The notes: generated by a model not told the origin, from the sequence alone. DNA of 64,000 nucleotides from Zygnema circumcarinatum SAG 698-1b (GCA_037447605.1 CM074818.1:1562617-1626616), one strand, 5' to 3'; positions 27,133-40,830 are shown, counted from the stretch's first letter. Numbers and translations are program-made.

Positions 27133-30100
27133 ATGGCAGGAAACTTTGAAAACCACCGCCTGTTCATGAGACCTCCTCCCTCAGCTCCTGCTCTGCAGCC
27201 GCAGCATCAAAGCGCTCCCTTCCCTCACTTCCCCATCTCTGCAAGCTCGCCGCTGCCTCCTCACCTCCAGCAGCTTCAGGGCCCGTATCCAGGGTCGCAG
27301 CAGCAGTCCATGGCGATGCCTCAATACCCCATGCATCTTCACAGCATGGATATGGGGTCTCTGGGGCCCTCTTCTTTAGGACCTCCTTTGGGAGGAAGCC
27401 TCCCTAATGATCCGGGAGGGAGCGCAGCAGCTCCCTCCTTTCATGGCTCCCAGGGTGATCCTCTAACTGGCGCTCGGCTCCTGGCCATGCTTGGAGCTCA
27501 TAACGTGATGGAAAAGGCCCCGACAAGCCTTCCGGGGCCACCTCCTTCGGCTCCTCCTGCTCCTCCTTCTGCTCCAGAGCAGCAGCAAGGAGTGGATGCT
27601 TCTTCAAGTTCTGCCACGGTCATGCCTGAAATAGGTGTAACGCAAAACGTACCTTCAAGTAGCTTCAACAGCAGCAGCATGGCGCCCCCCCCCTCAGCTC
27701 CTGCTACTCCAAGCGCCCCGCATCTATCCTCAGTTCGTGATATCTCTAGCGAGATGGATAATATGGAGAGCCTGAGAAGAAAGCCTGCTTCAGAAAGAGA
27801 TGGAAAAGGGCGAGTCTTAGCAGGGGAGCACATCGTGTATGACATTGATGCGCGTCTTCCAGGGGAGGAGCAGCCACAGTTGGAAGTGACACCAATTACT
27901 GTATACTCTTCAGAGGTAGAGCTGTCCCCCGGTCACAGAGTGGCTGTGAACCATTGTTACATTTGTTACCTCCTTCGAGGCGGAGCCGTTCGGATCCTCA
28001 GCGTCAAGTCCGGGGCCCGTGCCGTACTTCGAGGCCATTCAGAGGTCGGTTTGCAGCCTAATGACAAATATCGCTAGATGCATGTGAATGCTGCCAGTTT
28101 AACAATTGGCTCTTTCTACTTTTATCTTGTCCAAAATTTGAGAGTCAGGTATATCGTTCTTGAGCCTGTTTTTTTTTTTTTTTTTTTGTTAGTGTTGGGA
28201 TTTTGATCGGGTGAGGTTGAGGTGTGGGGCTGCAGAGAGTGATGGACATGGCCTTTTTTGGAGACGATGTGCAACTTTTTGCGAGGTATAATCATTCCAC
28301 GCTCGTGCTGATCCTTAGGCTACCTCACTTTCTGTGAAGCTCATCTAATTTGATCCTTTCCTCTAACAACATAGTGGAAGGCGGTTCACAGTGTCTGTGT
28401 ACAGGGGCGTCTACTAGTACGGCGAATTAGTGAGGGAGTTGGGGAAGATGGCAAGCCTCATATTCAAGACACTGTATTGCTAGCCTTCCAGCTTCAGGGT
28501 CCGTGGGGATCTGAAATTGCTCCACAGCTGTGTTGGCATCCATCATCAGAGGTACAACTCAAGTCTACAACTCACTTCTTACTGTCTGGCTACAGTAGGC
28601 TTGGAAGATTCCTCGTTGCGTGGTTTGAACCCAGAGTTTTGGCATGTCATGTAAGGTTCAAAACAGGATGATATTGACTACTAACAGGATGATATTGACT
28701 GTTTTTTTTTGTTTTTAAATGAAGGACATCCTTTTCGTTGCTTGCCACCAATACCTGCTGTACATATCCATCGGGAGAGTAGGATCTCAATGCCCCAATA
28801 TGACTACGACTTCACTTGTCCCTTGCTCTGTTGAAGCCCCTCCATCCGGTGTGCATGTTTGGCGCGGTCATGAGGGACCCATCGTGTCGTTGGCTCGGCC
28901 CCTATGGCCGAACTTTCTACTTGCAACTCCCTCAAAGGATGGCACTGTAAGTTGTATTAACCACGAAACATTATGCAGAAGCAACATTGTGCAGGGATTG
29001 ACTTGCAACGCGAAGGGAAGCCATCGCCAACATTAACATTAACATCTTAATTTTGTATGTCACGTACGTTACATAAGTAAAGAAGGCATATCCAAAGCAG
29101 GTGATTGAGATGTATTAGTGGCAAATTGCTCGATGATGCTGGAAAGGAAAGGTTTTGAAACGCTTTTTTGAAGGATTTTTTTCATAGGGTAACCAGTTGT
29201 TCATTCTTTTTAACAAAGTTTTGCTGATCGGGAGTCAATACTGTGTTGAGAAATTGTTCGATTGCACCTAAAATCTTCGTATTAGTTTGCTTCCTTCGTA
29301 GTTTTGGGACATATAATTTAGGATATGCTAACAGGATGCTGTCTATTGGCTGTCATGGGCTGCCCCACCTGTTGGACTATATTATAAGATGGGGAATGTT
29401 TTCTATGACTAGTTGTTTTTTGAAGTGGTCGCTGTACTCCTCTGATCCCAAAACTGTCTATGTGTGTCTCTATTGCAGGTGCGCATTTGGGGAGATGGAC
29501 CGCAGGCCCCTTGCCTCTCAATGTTGGTGCCTCATAATGGCCAGCCAGTGTACAGTGCCATCTTTATGCAGGGTCAACCAGGAAACTTACAACAGAAAAT
29601 TCTTGTTACTGGGGTAAGCTGACTGCCTCAAGTCTATTCGAGCATCCTGCTGTTTCTTTCATGATTAGAAGAGCTCCTGTCTTATGCACTTGAATGTGTA
29701 GCCTGAAGTGCAAGGCTGAAAATGAGACACGTACAAGCCTCACCTGTCGTGATGGTAGCGCTTACTTCAGACTATGATATGTGAGCAGGGTCCTATGAAT
29801 CATGAGATCAAATTGTGGGCTCCATCGAATCAAGAAGTTCCACTTTCCTCTCCCAACGAAGGATGGCAATGCATTCATACACTGGACTTCCAAGCTTCTG
29901 CTTCTGGGGGAAAAAGCGCTTTTTCCAATCAGATCCATGTTGTAGAAGACGCAGGACTCATTTTGCTTGCCAATGCGAATAAGTTGGCTGTCTATGCGGT
30001 GCATGTCAGTTTTGGTCCCACTTCAAGGGCAGCTCGCATGGACTATTTGGCAGAGTTTTCTGTCACCATGCCTATATATAGCTTTTCAGCAGCCTTGGAT

Positions 30101-33100
30101 TTGCGAAACGGCTTCCAAGAAAAAGTTCTGCTTAGCTGTGTGCAGTCACAGGGCATTCAACAATACAGCCTTGAGATTAAGAGCTGCCTACCTCCTGAGG
30201 AAGAAAAGGCTGCTTCTATACAGACCCCTAGCAGTGAGCAGGCCAAGACTGAGCGTGTACAAAGTAACTCTCTGTTGGAGTTGGTTCGTAATGCAGCATC
30301 CGGTCCGTTTGGCAGCCCTGTAGATCAAAGGCCACCAAGCATTGTTGGCAGCATAGCAGGAGCAGAGTCTGCAAGCTCTCTTCCTGCAACAGATGTTACG
30401 ACAGTTACATCAGAACCTGCTGTAATGGAAGGCTCAAAACTTAGTGCTTCTTCCACAGAAGGGCCAAAGCACCCATCACTTGAGCCTGTGGATGCAGCCC
30501 CAACTTTAGGAGTGCTGACTGCTGTGCCCCTGAAACCGAATACTGAAGCAGGGGGGGCTGCTGAAACTCTTCAATCTGAAACTATGAGTGACGGACCTGA
30601 AAGCTCACAGGCAGGCTTGCCTGATATGACACCTGGTAGCAAGGGGGAAGAGATGGGTGGAGTTGGCAGACCACGGGAGGGGCAAGGGTCTGCCAAGATG
30701 CAGCTGGTAACACCTATGCAGCTTATGTCACTGGTGGCTCAGGCAGAAGGGAAGTACTCTGCATCTTTGGAAAGCAAGGGAGCTGTGCAAGACAGTGAAG
30801 TTCGGGGAGGTCCGAGAGAAGGTGCTAACGGTAGTCCAGCTGTTTCGCAAGAGAGTGCTTCAGTTCCGCTTCCAGAAGCTGATGCAAAAGATACAATCAA
30901 CACTAGTGAGGCTCCGCAAGAAATTCCGTCCACCGTAACTGTCGATTCCGGCGAGCTCAGAGAAGGAGAAGATGCTGTAAGCAGACAAATGCTGCCACGC
31001 TTTGAAGCGTCCTCGAGTGTGGGAGAGTCTCCTGCACAGCTTCTTGAAGGGCCTACGCTTCCTGAAGGAGCAGAGGGACAAAGTGTTCCTCCGTCTGCTA
31101 GTAGTGCAGGTGTTGGTCCTTCTGCGAAAGGACGGAAGAATAAGAACAAGAGTCCAGTAGTTGCAGGTGCCCCCATTCCCAGCCCACAATCGAATGAAGC
31201 AGCAGTACAAGGATCACCTGCAAGTGGTGATGTGGAAATGGACACTGCTCAATCTGTCAGTTTGGAAGCCTCTAGCAGGGTCCCTTCAGGAGCAGAGAGC
31301 TCCTTGGCCGCACCTTTGGCATCTGTGCAGGAGAGTATTAACCAGGTGAGCTTGCTCAGAAGAAACTAACGACCTAGTTGTCTCGGACGCATGTGGTGTA
31401 GTCATGGATTGGTTTGAGCAACTTATTCTAAGGTCATAAGCATTCAGAGGCCCTTGGCTCTTACATTAGGATGCATGCATTTGATCTTATACGTGCTCAG
31501 TGAACCCATGTGAGACATTGCTAAACATTGCAGAAGATGCCGTCTGTGACTTTCCTCCCAAAAGCAAAGTAAGTGCTGATCAACTGATCAAGGAAATTTA
31601 ATCTATGCAGCTGATGAACATGCAACGGGAGCTCAGCAACAAGGTGGCGATGCTGGTAGCTGTCCCTGTAGCAAAGGAGGGGAAGAGAATAGAGGCTGCC
31701 CTTGGGACCCGGCTCGAAAAGGCCCTGAAAGCACATGCAGATGCACAGTGGGCTCGGCTACAGGAAGATGCAGCTCGCCGGGAAAAGGCAGAGAGGGAGA
31801 GGATGCAGCAGACAGCTTCTGCATTAGCGCGAGAAATACAGCCATTGCTCGAGAAGTCTCTGAAGAAAGAAATCGCAGTAGTGGCTCCATCAATTGCCCG
31901 GCTTGTGCTGCCTCCTTTAGAGACTGCCATTGGATCCGCCACTAGTGAATTGCAGGTGAGAAGGAATACACACTCGGAAATAGGAATTGATCTGCAGGCT
32001 GAAAGTCGCTTTTGTACCTCTGTTTTATGGGGATTCTTATTTTGTTCCCTGCTTGTACTATATACCTGGTGAACCCTGCACAGTCCGTTTGAGGTAAGGT
32101 CGCTGTACATGGAGCAAGGGAAATTTTGGCCTGCAAACTCATTGCAGATTCTTCGATTGTGACTGCAGAAGTTGGGACCGCAGATGGAGAGTACCATTGC
32201 CAATCATTTGGAGACTGTAATCAGTCGACAGGTTGCAGCAGAGTTTCAGACTAGTGTTCGAGCATCGATGCAGGCAAGGACAAATCATCCTGCTCCTGTA
32301 TACTATAGGCTCGTCCAGGTTTCCCTCCCTTTCGACATCCTGCAACTCCTGAAATGTTGACCTCCTTCTTAATTCCCCCCCCCAATCCCCTAATATCCTC
32401 TTGTTTTGTCATGCATTTGGCTGAGACTGTTCTGCCTCTATGCCTCGTTTTCGGTATACAGGAAGCTCTCCGATCGTGTTTCCAAGCTGTGGTAGTCCCG
32501 TCCTTTGAGAGCGCATGCAGAAGCATGTTTGAGCAAATGGACGCTGCTTTACAGAGGGGCCTTTCAGAGCATAGCGCAGCCGCCCAACAGCAGTTGGCGG
32601 CCTCCCACACAGCCTTGGCGGGGTCGTTGCAGGTACAAACAAGATCATACACACACAACCTTAGACTAGTTCCACAGCAGACCGCAGTTTTGCCTACCAT
32701 AGTAGGAAGCAGTAGTAGAAAAAACCAAAAACCAAACCATAGTAAAACCATAGTAGTTTTTGGAACCATAGTCCGATGTCATGTGTGGGAAAACTCAGCT
32801 AGTGGATGCGGTGGTACAGGATTCCATGGCGGCTGCTTCAGCTCTCACCAGCACGCTTCGAGAGGAGGTGATGGAGGGGCAGCGGACACTGATCTCTTTG
32901 GCAGAGTCAGCAGCGGCAGGCAACAAAGTTGCTTTTGGTGTCGGAAAGTCCAATGGAGGCCTTCAAGAAAGGGTGAGTAGGAGGAGGAGAGTGGCTGCTA
33001 CCTTCAGGTTTGAATAAACAGTTTGATTCTCGATGTAGGAACTCTGCTATGCATAGTTGTAGTGCAGATTGAATCAGGCGAGGGACTGTGAAATTCTAAC

Positions 33101-33866
33101 TTCCTTTCGAGTAGGAGTCTGATTTCTTCTCAAGTCCTGAGGTTGTTTCAAGTGGACTTTGTATTGGCAGGGTATGTCTCTGCAGCATGTGGAGGAGTCC
33201 CTCGACCCAACAAGGGAGCTTTCACGGCTGCTAGCAGAGCGCAAATATGAGGCGGCTTTCACCAAGGCACTGTCAGTTTCTGATGTGGCCCTCGTCTCGT
33301 GGCTTTGCTCACAGGTATCCATCTCTCCCCCCCTCTCCCTCTCTCTACCTCTCTACTTTTCTTGATCTTCTCCTGCTTTAAAGGGTAACCCCGATGGCAA
33401 AGAAAGGCGCTATTGCGTGCAGCCGATCTATGATATTTCATGCCTTTCTGTATGGATCCAAACTATTGGTCTTTGTTAAAAAGGTTAGACCGAATTGCCT
33501 CTCTCCGTAAGCTTTGACTAAGCAGTATGTGACTAAGCCGGGGCTATGCTTGCCTTTCGATAGGTGGAGCCTACAACCCTATTTTCCGGAGGGGCAGCCA
33601 TGCTCAGTCAGGGAGTGCTTCTCTCTTTAGTGCAGCAGCTGAGCTTCGAATTAGGGAAGGATACGGAGCGGAAGCTCCTCTGGTTGCGACACGTGGCGCT
33701 TGGCCTGAACCCCTCCCACCCTCAGTTGGCTCCCCATATGAGGCCCATCCTCGAGCAGGTCTACCAAAACCTCCACCACCAATTGCCTCTCTCTAATGAC
33801 GGAATGGCTGGAGAGCTCCGCCTAGTCATTCACCTCGTGAATTCGTTGCTCACTTCCTGCAAGTAA
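27133..33866 (+). CDS. VCS: VARICOSE / enhancer of mRNA decapping 4 (EDC4/Ge-1): Pro-rich N-terminus, WD40, coiled-coil and Ge-1 C-terminal domain; multi-exon
   Basis: GARLLAML; VYDIDARLPGEEQPQLEVTPITVYSS..VAVNHCYICY..RAVLRGHSE; GPMNHEIKLW; ARMDYLAEFSVTMPIYSF; VAKEGKRIEAALG; LDPTRELSRLLAERKYEAAFTKALSVSDVALVSWLCSQ; LSQGVLLSLVQQL...LRLVIHLVNSLLTSCK*. Confidence 0.95.
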
Positions 33867-34686
33867 GGCAGCTTTGAGGGCGTCCTTGCTTTCTTAGGGT
33901 GGCGGTTGAGCTCTCCCTGTTAGCACTAGCAGAGGTGTTTAGGTAATTGCTTTCTTTTGATGGAAGCAGTGGATTCTTTCTTGTAATGCGATTGTTTTGG
34001 TCTCCCTCTCTATTTCTCCCTCTCCCTCTCTCTCTCTTTCTCAGAATCTCTGCCAGAAAGAATACCCCTCCCCCCCCCTCCCTCATTCCCTCCCACTCTC
34101 CCTCCCCTACTCCCACACCCTCCCTCTCTCCGCCCCCCTCTTCCTCCTCTCCCTTCGTTTCTCCCTCCCTCCCTCGCCGTCTACCCCGTCCCTCCCTGCC
34201 TCCCCCCTTTCCCAACCCTTCTCCATCCCTCCCTGCCTCCTCCCACTCCCTCCCCCTCTTCCTCCCCCACTCCCTCCTCTCCCTCAGACTCTCCCCCCCT
34301 CCTCCCTCGCTGTTTCCCCCCCGCCCTCCCNNNNNNNNNNCCCCAACTTGTTTTCCATGGCCTCATCATCGCTGAGATCAATGCAAGTTTCCCCTTCATT
34401 TTCCATACTATCCATCACGGGGTGTCAGACTTCACAAAAACTTTCGAACACAGTTTTGGAAGTCTCCGCCCCCCGAAGATCGCGATATCACCGAAGTACT
34501 CGTTCTGGTCTCAAACTTTCGTACAGTTTTCAAGTCTGACACCCCCTATTGTAACCAATAGACAACGCACGCGGAGCTTGATCCGCCTCTTACGGAAGAA
34601 ATAATCGGAATGCATTAGGGTATAAATGTGGAATTTGTAGAGTGAATGGCTCCACAACACAATAGCCGCACTTACACATATCACGT

Positions 34687-35164
34687 CATGCATGGACACA
34701 TGCATGCATGCATGCGAGGCCTATTCCCATTTACGATTCAAATTCACATGGACACTATGCATGCATGCAGGCGAGGCCTATTCCCATTTACGATTCAAAT
34801 TCACATGGACTATATGCATGCATGTCCTTGTCCCATGCAAGCTCATGCATGTGCACATGCCATGGCCATGGCCGTACATGTACATGCTCACCCCGTTTCA
34901 CATGTGCATAGTTTTACACGAAACTGTTTCCATGGGCGTCCGTCCAGCCCCGTCCAGGCACAGTCGAGCGCAAGCCCTGGCCACGTGGCATTCCCTGATT
35001 GGTCCACGTGGCAGTCTTGGCTTAATCCACGTCCCTCGGGGTCAACCTTGCGCCGACGTTATGCCACGCGTCCCGGTCTCCCTGCTTCTCTGCTTCGCAG
35101 GTGCCAAGCCTGACTCCGATTGGCTCTCGAACCTTCATCACGTGTAAGTCTCCAGTCTGATTGG
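34687..35164 (+). promoter_or_regulatory. RY (CATGCA)-rich tract with a ~57-bp tandem duplication, followed by a G-box/CCAAT cluster, upstream of NDC1
   Basis: Many CATGCA/ATGCATGC; GCGAGGCCTATTCCCATTTACGATTCAAATTCACATGGAC occurs twice (~34713 and ~34770); CACGTG at 34982, 35005 and 35139. Confidence 0.45.
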
Positions 35165-35326
35165 CCCGTGTCTTCCTCCGCATGTGCGAACTTGGTCCTC
35201 TGCCCTCCGCCTTCCTCTCCGAAAGCCTCTCTGAAAGCACAAGATATGGCGCTTGTGTAGGCCTTGATCCTTGCAATGCCTGCAGAAACCCTAGACTTCT
35301 TCCCTGACAGTCTATTTTAAACAGCC

Positions 35327-35483
35327 ATGACTTCCTGCAGCATGCCACGTGTCGCTGCCATGGCGGGCGGAGGGCTTCTTCCTGCACAGCTCCTTGCAGC
35401 CGCCATGGATTCTCCCCGGAGCTCTCTTTTCCTGCACGGACTTCGATGCGCGGTAGGGTTGCATGGTCTCTCTCTCTCTCTAA

Positions 35484-35516
<33 letters not shown>

Positions 35517-38500
35517 GCTCTCTGGCTTTCTCACTCACACTCTATCTTCCTCGTTTCGAGCACTCGTCCACCGTCAATCTCTCTCGCCCCCTTTCATCAC
35601 ATTCTCTCCACTCCCTCTCGCCCTTCCTCACTCTACCTCCGTCTCTCAAAGCCTGGCTCGTCCTCTCGTGTCGCCCCCCCTCCTCTCTTTCTCTTTCCTC
35701 GTTCCCTCCCCCTTTGCCCCAATCCCCTTCCTGTCTCTCCTTCCCTTGGAAAGTCTGACTTTCGAGGCCTCCTTCTCCTCCTCCTCCTTCACCCCTCGCT
35801 CTCGCCCTCTCCCTCTCCCTTTCCAATTCTTTCTCCCTCTCCGTCGCCCTCTCCCTCTCCCTCTCCCTCTCCCTGTCCCTGTCCCTCCTTGGCAGCGCAG
35901 CAGCAGCCAGGGCTGCCAAAAGCAAACTTAGAAGCAGGCGGCCACTGAGGAGAGATTGGGAGAGGGAAGGGGCTTTCGCCTCCTTTCTGTTCTTCTCGAA
36001 GCGCTGTTCTTGGCCTCAGTTTAGCTCTCACAGCAAATTCACTTTCTCACTTCAGAACAAATTTTCGTCTGCAATTTATGGATTACAACCTTGAAAGGGT
36101 TAAAGCACAAAACTTTCATGCCGACACATTTGCATGCCCATCTTTTAGAGTTACTTTATGTTTGTTAAGGTTTTTTTTAGGGTTAATACGCCAGTCTTTC
36201 ACTCTCTCTACTACTCTTCTCCTTGACATCACATTCCGCTATGGCTTTCTTGTCATCCATCAGAGCAGCAGGGAGTACCATCAAATGCTTAAGACCAGCT
36301 CAAAAAGCTTCTGCACCACCCGGGCTACCACTGGCATTGATTCGCAGAAAAAGCTTTCAAGAGGGCAAAGTGGTGCTTTTCAGAGCTTTAGAATCTTAGG
36401 TGGTCCTCGCAGGGGGGCCATGCCGGGGGGGTGGAGGTTTGAGGCGGACCATGGCCGAGTGCTAAGCCATGAAGCTCTTTCCTCCACAGGGAGGGAGGGA
36501 GGGAGAGAGGGAGGAGGGGCGCCACTTGCAGCTGGAGAATGGCAGAGTGGCACTGCACCCAGTTACACTTGGCCGGATCCCGAGGTGCGTCTGTAATGCC
36601 TGGGTTCTCTGTTCCCTCCGCTCTCTCTTTCCCTCACTCTCCCTCAGCCCTCGTCTCCTCCCTCTCCCTCTTCCGCTCCCTCTTCTCCCTCTCCCCTCCC
36701 TCTCCCAAAAAAAAGTACATAACTCAAACTTCTAAAAACTGGAAGCGCTCTTGCAACCTCAAAACCGTCATGCCCTCAGTCTTTCGCGGGATATGGGATG
36801 AGAGTGAAGAGTGAAAGTGGGGTGTGTCCTGAGGCCCTGCAGAGGCCTCGAATTGCAATTTTGGGGGGCGGTTTTGGCGGCCTCTATACAGCCCTCCGCC
36901 TTGAAGCCCTTCTTTGGAAGCCGGAGAAGCGGCCCCAGGCAAGAAATTACTACTGTTCTAGAAGAAAATTAAGTCCATGGATCTAGAAAATCCTAAAGGC
37001 AATTCTTGAAAAAATAAGCAACCCTAAAAGGAGCCCTCATTTTCCTGTAATATAGCTTCTTCAAGGTCGTTAGGTTTCCCGATTTGTTTTCCATTTTTTT
37101 ATTATCTCTTTTCTCCTCATCCTCGTCCAGGTTGTGCTGGTGGACCAATCAGATCGCTTCATATTCAAGCCCCTCCTATATGATATCCTCTCTAAAGGTA
37201 CATAACTTCCTTATGGAAGAGACGCTCTCTCTCCCTCTTCCTCCCTCTCTTTCTTTCTTTCCCCCACTCTCTTCCACACTCCATCTCTGTCTCTCTCCAT
37301 ATTCACTGGACCAAAAAAAGTGCGCTTTCCAATAATACAAACCACCTTTTATTGCTTTTCATTCCTTGCAAGTCGGAACCAGCTTGAAAGTTCCTTCTGA
37401 CCGTCAACCCTAAAATCCCAAGAGGTGCCCTGAAACCCTATAGCCCAGGAAAGAGCTCAACAAAAGCCCCCTCCAAACTTACCCACCAAGAAACCTTGTC
37501 TTCAAATTGACAAACCTTCTTGCATCTTAGGACTTGCCCTCAAAATCCTTCACCCTAAGCCCTGTACAACATGAGCCTTCGATCCTCCCAAACCCTCAAA
37601 CCTGAACCCTCGCAAACCCTAAAACCTGATCCTCCTAAACCCTGAAACCTGAACCCTCGCAAACCCTAAAAACGCAAGATTAGCTGGCCCGGCCTGCAGA
37701 GGTGGATGAGTGGGAAATTGCTCCGCGTTTCACCGACCTCCTCGCGGGGACGGAGGTCCAATTTCTGCGCGGCTCCGTCAAGAGCGTGTTCCCGGGAAGG
37801 GCTCAACAGGCAGAGGATGGGAAACCACGAGTTGTGCTCGACGACGGATTGGAACTGAACTGCGACTGGTGGGAGGGGTTCTCCGTTGTACTGTTTTTGG
37901 GTGTTCTATGTGTTTTGAAGGGGGAGCACCGTGGGAGTTTTGTTTCGGGGAATGGGAGGGAGAGAGAGGGGGAGAGAGAGAGAGAGAAGCCTTTTTACTT
38001 TCGCCATTATAGGGCGTGAACATCAATAGAAAAAACAAAGTCATGATGTTGTTGCTGAACAACCCTTTATGTGACCTTCATTACATATTGTAGGTCGCCT
38101 TTACACGTTCAGGTCAAGTTCCTTGTTAAAATGATGGTTTCTATTCTTGCTTGTGCCTGTTCCAGGCTCGTGCTGGCCCTTGGGGCGGAGGTCCGCAGGG
38201 AGAATGTACCCGGAGCGGAGGAGCACGCGCAGGCCTTCGCCACGCTGGAGGACGCACTGGTGAGGGGGCAGGGGTTAGGGTTGAGGGGTTAGGGTTGAGG
38301 GGTTAGGGTTGAGGGGTTAGGGTTGAGGGGTTAGGGTTGAGGGGGTTAGGGTTGAGGGGTTAGGGTTGAGGGGTTAGGGTTGAGGTTTAGGGTTAGGGTT
38401 GAGGGGTTAGGGTTGAGGGTTGAGGGTTAGGGTTGAGGGGTTAGGGTTGAGGGGTTAGGGTTGAGGGGTTAGGGTTGAGGGTTGATGGGTTAGGGTTGAG

Positions 38501-40830
38501 GGGTTAGGGTTGAGGGGTTAGGGTTCGTGAGGGGTTAGGGTGGGGGTTAAGTGAGGGGTTAGGAGTTGAGGGGGAGCTAGAGACGTGAGGGTTAGGGTTG
38601 AGGGGTTAGGGTTGAGAGGGGTTAGGGTTGAGGGGGTTAGGGTTGAGGGGTTAGGGTTGAGGGGTTAGGGTTGAGGGGTTAGGGTTGAGGGGTTAGGATT
38701 CAGTGTAAGCGTTAGGGTTGGCCTCTCTATCTTCTCCTCACACACCGTTTTTTTTCCCCCACTCCCCTCCTCACCTTGCCCTCCAATCTCTTCCACCCAC
38801 TCCGCCTCCCTTGCTCCCCTAACCTTTCTCCCCTTCCCTCCCTCCCTCCCTCCCTCCCTCCCTTCCCTCCCTCCCTCCCTCCCTCCCCAGGCGACCGAGC
38901 GCAAGCTGCGCGTGTTAGAGCGCATCTCCGCGTCCACCAAGCGAGTCGTCCGCGTGGCCGTTGTGGGCGGCGGGTATTCCGGGGCGGAGCTGGCGGCCAC
39001 CGTGGCGCAGCGCCTGGGGGGGAGGGGGAGGGTGCAGGTAAGCCCTAATGGTGCAACCCTAATTCTGTGGATCATGTTTCGGCTAACCCTAATTTCATTC
39101 TGGAAACTCTTAAGTCTGTGGATGACTAACCCTTATTTCGATCTGCCAACTGTAATTCTGTGGATCCTATTTCTGTTAACCCGAATTTTTATTCTGGAAA
39201 CGCAAAGTATGTGAATTGCTTAACCCTAATTTCGTTTTGGCGACTCTAATTCTGTGGATTCTGTTTGTGCTAACCCTAATTTTGTTCTGCCAACGCTAAG
39301 TCTGTGGATCCTCTGGCTTGGAAACGGGCGATTTGTGAAGTTTCAATACCTAGGAATATCAGAATCAAACCCTAATTTCTGAACCTATACTACGAGGGGC
39401 TAACAGCTGTTGAATTGAGTAGTGGACCTTCGCAGATCATTGATCCCGCAAACGATATTATTGCTTCTGCAGCCGAGGGGACCAGGGAAGCTGCCAGGAA
39501 GGTGCGGTTCTCTGGCACGGGGCTACCTTCAGGAGGGGCTTTCATTAGGGTTGTGGGAGGTGTAGGGTTTGTGATTCTTTGCTCCTTATTTTTTTTCAAA
39601 GGGATTTTGGATTTACTTAAGCATATTCTGGGAGATAGAACCATTCCATGTTGATGTTTCATTGGCTTCTTTGTGTCTCTTAAGACTTTCTTCAACTGTG
39701 AAGTCAAATATATAACTTACTTTCATGATTATTTCAGTAATCCCAAACCCTAATCCAACGCTAATCCTAACCCTAACCCTAATCCTAACCCTAATCCTAA
39801 CCCTAACCCTTATCCTAATCCTAACCCTAACCCTAAACTTCGCCTCCAGGTGCTGACTTCTCGCCAAGTCGAACTCCTCCTCGGCTTCAGAGTGCAATCA
39901 GTGACGGGAGTGGAGAAGGGAGAGAATGGTGTGACGTCATCATCCTCTTCATCTGAATCTCCTTATTATTCCTCAGAAACTGAATCCGCAAATGAGGGAG
40001 GAGCTGTTTTGAACCTGATTGATTCTGCCGGAACTTCAAGCCATGTAACTGCAGACCTCGTTCTATGGACTGTCGGTGTCCGTGCAAACATTCCGTTGGG
40101 AACAACGGAACGGAGAGATCCTCCGTTTCCTACAACGGGACGGGGCCAAGCACAGACAGAGAGCACTCTACGTGTGGAGGGATACAGTAACGTGTTCGCA
40201 CTTGGAGACTCTGCTGCCTTTATAGATGAGACCGGTAAACCACTAGCGAGTACAGCTCAGGTGAGACAAGAAGCTTGAAATTTGAGGCTTTTGGAACCCT
40301 GGAAAACTTCTCTGTTTGGAAGAGTATGTAGGGTGACACGTGTCATTGTTTGGTTGGTTGCAGGTTGCCTTCCAGCAGGCCGACTATGCAGCATGGAACC
40401 TCTGGGGGTCGATCAATAACAGACCATTGCTTCCGTTTAGGTACAGCCTTTGTAAAACTGTATGCCCTAAAAGTGTATAAATCTGCATGAATCTTACCTG
40501 GATGATATTTGGACTAGAAACTCTACGAGCACCATATTTTCTCCTTGAGATCGTGAATGTATGCATGTAGGCGCTTACTGGACTTCGTCATAAAGAGAAG
40601 TGAAGCACTTCATCAGTTTATATTACAGGCTCAGCATGGCTCCATACACACGAGGGTGCAGCTGGAAGGTTGGTGATGTTTGACTTCATCATGTTGAACT
40701 TGGTGATGGGCAGATACCAACATTTGGGAAACATGATGACCTTGGGAACAAGCGATGGGGCGGTTTCCATCGGATTCATCGATGGAATCACCATAGAAGG
40801 CCCGATCGCTCATGCTTGCTCAGCGTTTCT
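35327..40830 (+). CDS. NDC1: Alternative NAD(P)H:quinone oxidoreductase C1 (type II NDH; demethylphylloquinone reductase); 3' end lost in the 100-N gap; first exon tentative
   Basis: SYTWPDPE|RPRIAILGGGFGGLYTALRLEALLWKPEKRPQ|VVLVDQSDRFIFKPLLYD; VDEWEIAPRFTDLL; LVLALGAE; VAVVGGGYSGAELAATVAQRL; ADLVLWTVG; VFALGDSA..STAQ|VAFQQADYAAWNLWGSINNRPLLPFR|YQHLGNMMTLG. Exon 35327-35452 splices in phase 0 to 36264 and gives a transit-peptide-like N-terminus. Confidence 0.9.
38271..38697 (+). repeat. Intronic telomere-derived minisatellite (GGGGTTAGGGTTGA)n, ~30 units
   Basis: Directly visible tandem array that begins about 10 bp after the GT donor at 38260 in NDC1. Confidence 0.9.
39745..39838 (+). repeat. 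(AACCCT/AATCCT)n telomere-like tract immediately before an NDC1 acceptor
   Basis: aaaccctaatccaacgctaatcctaaccctaaccctaatcctaaccct...aaccctaaccctaaacttcgcctccag|GTG. Confidence 0.85.
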
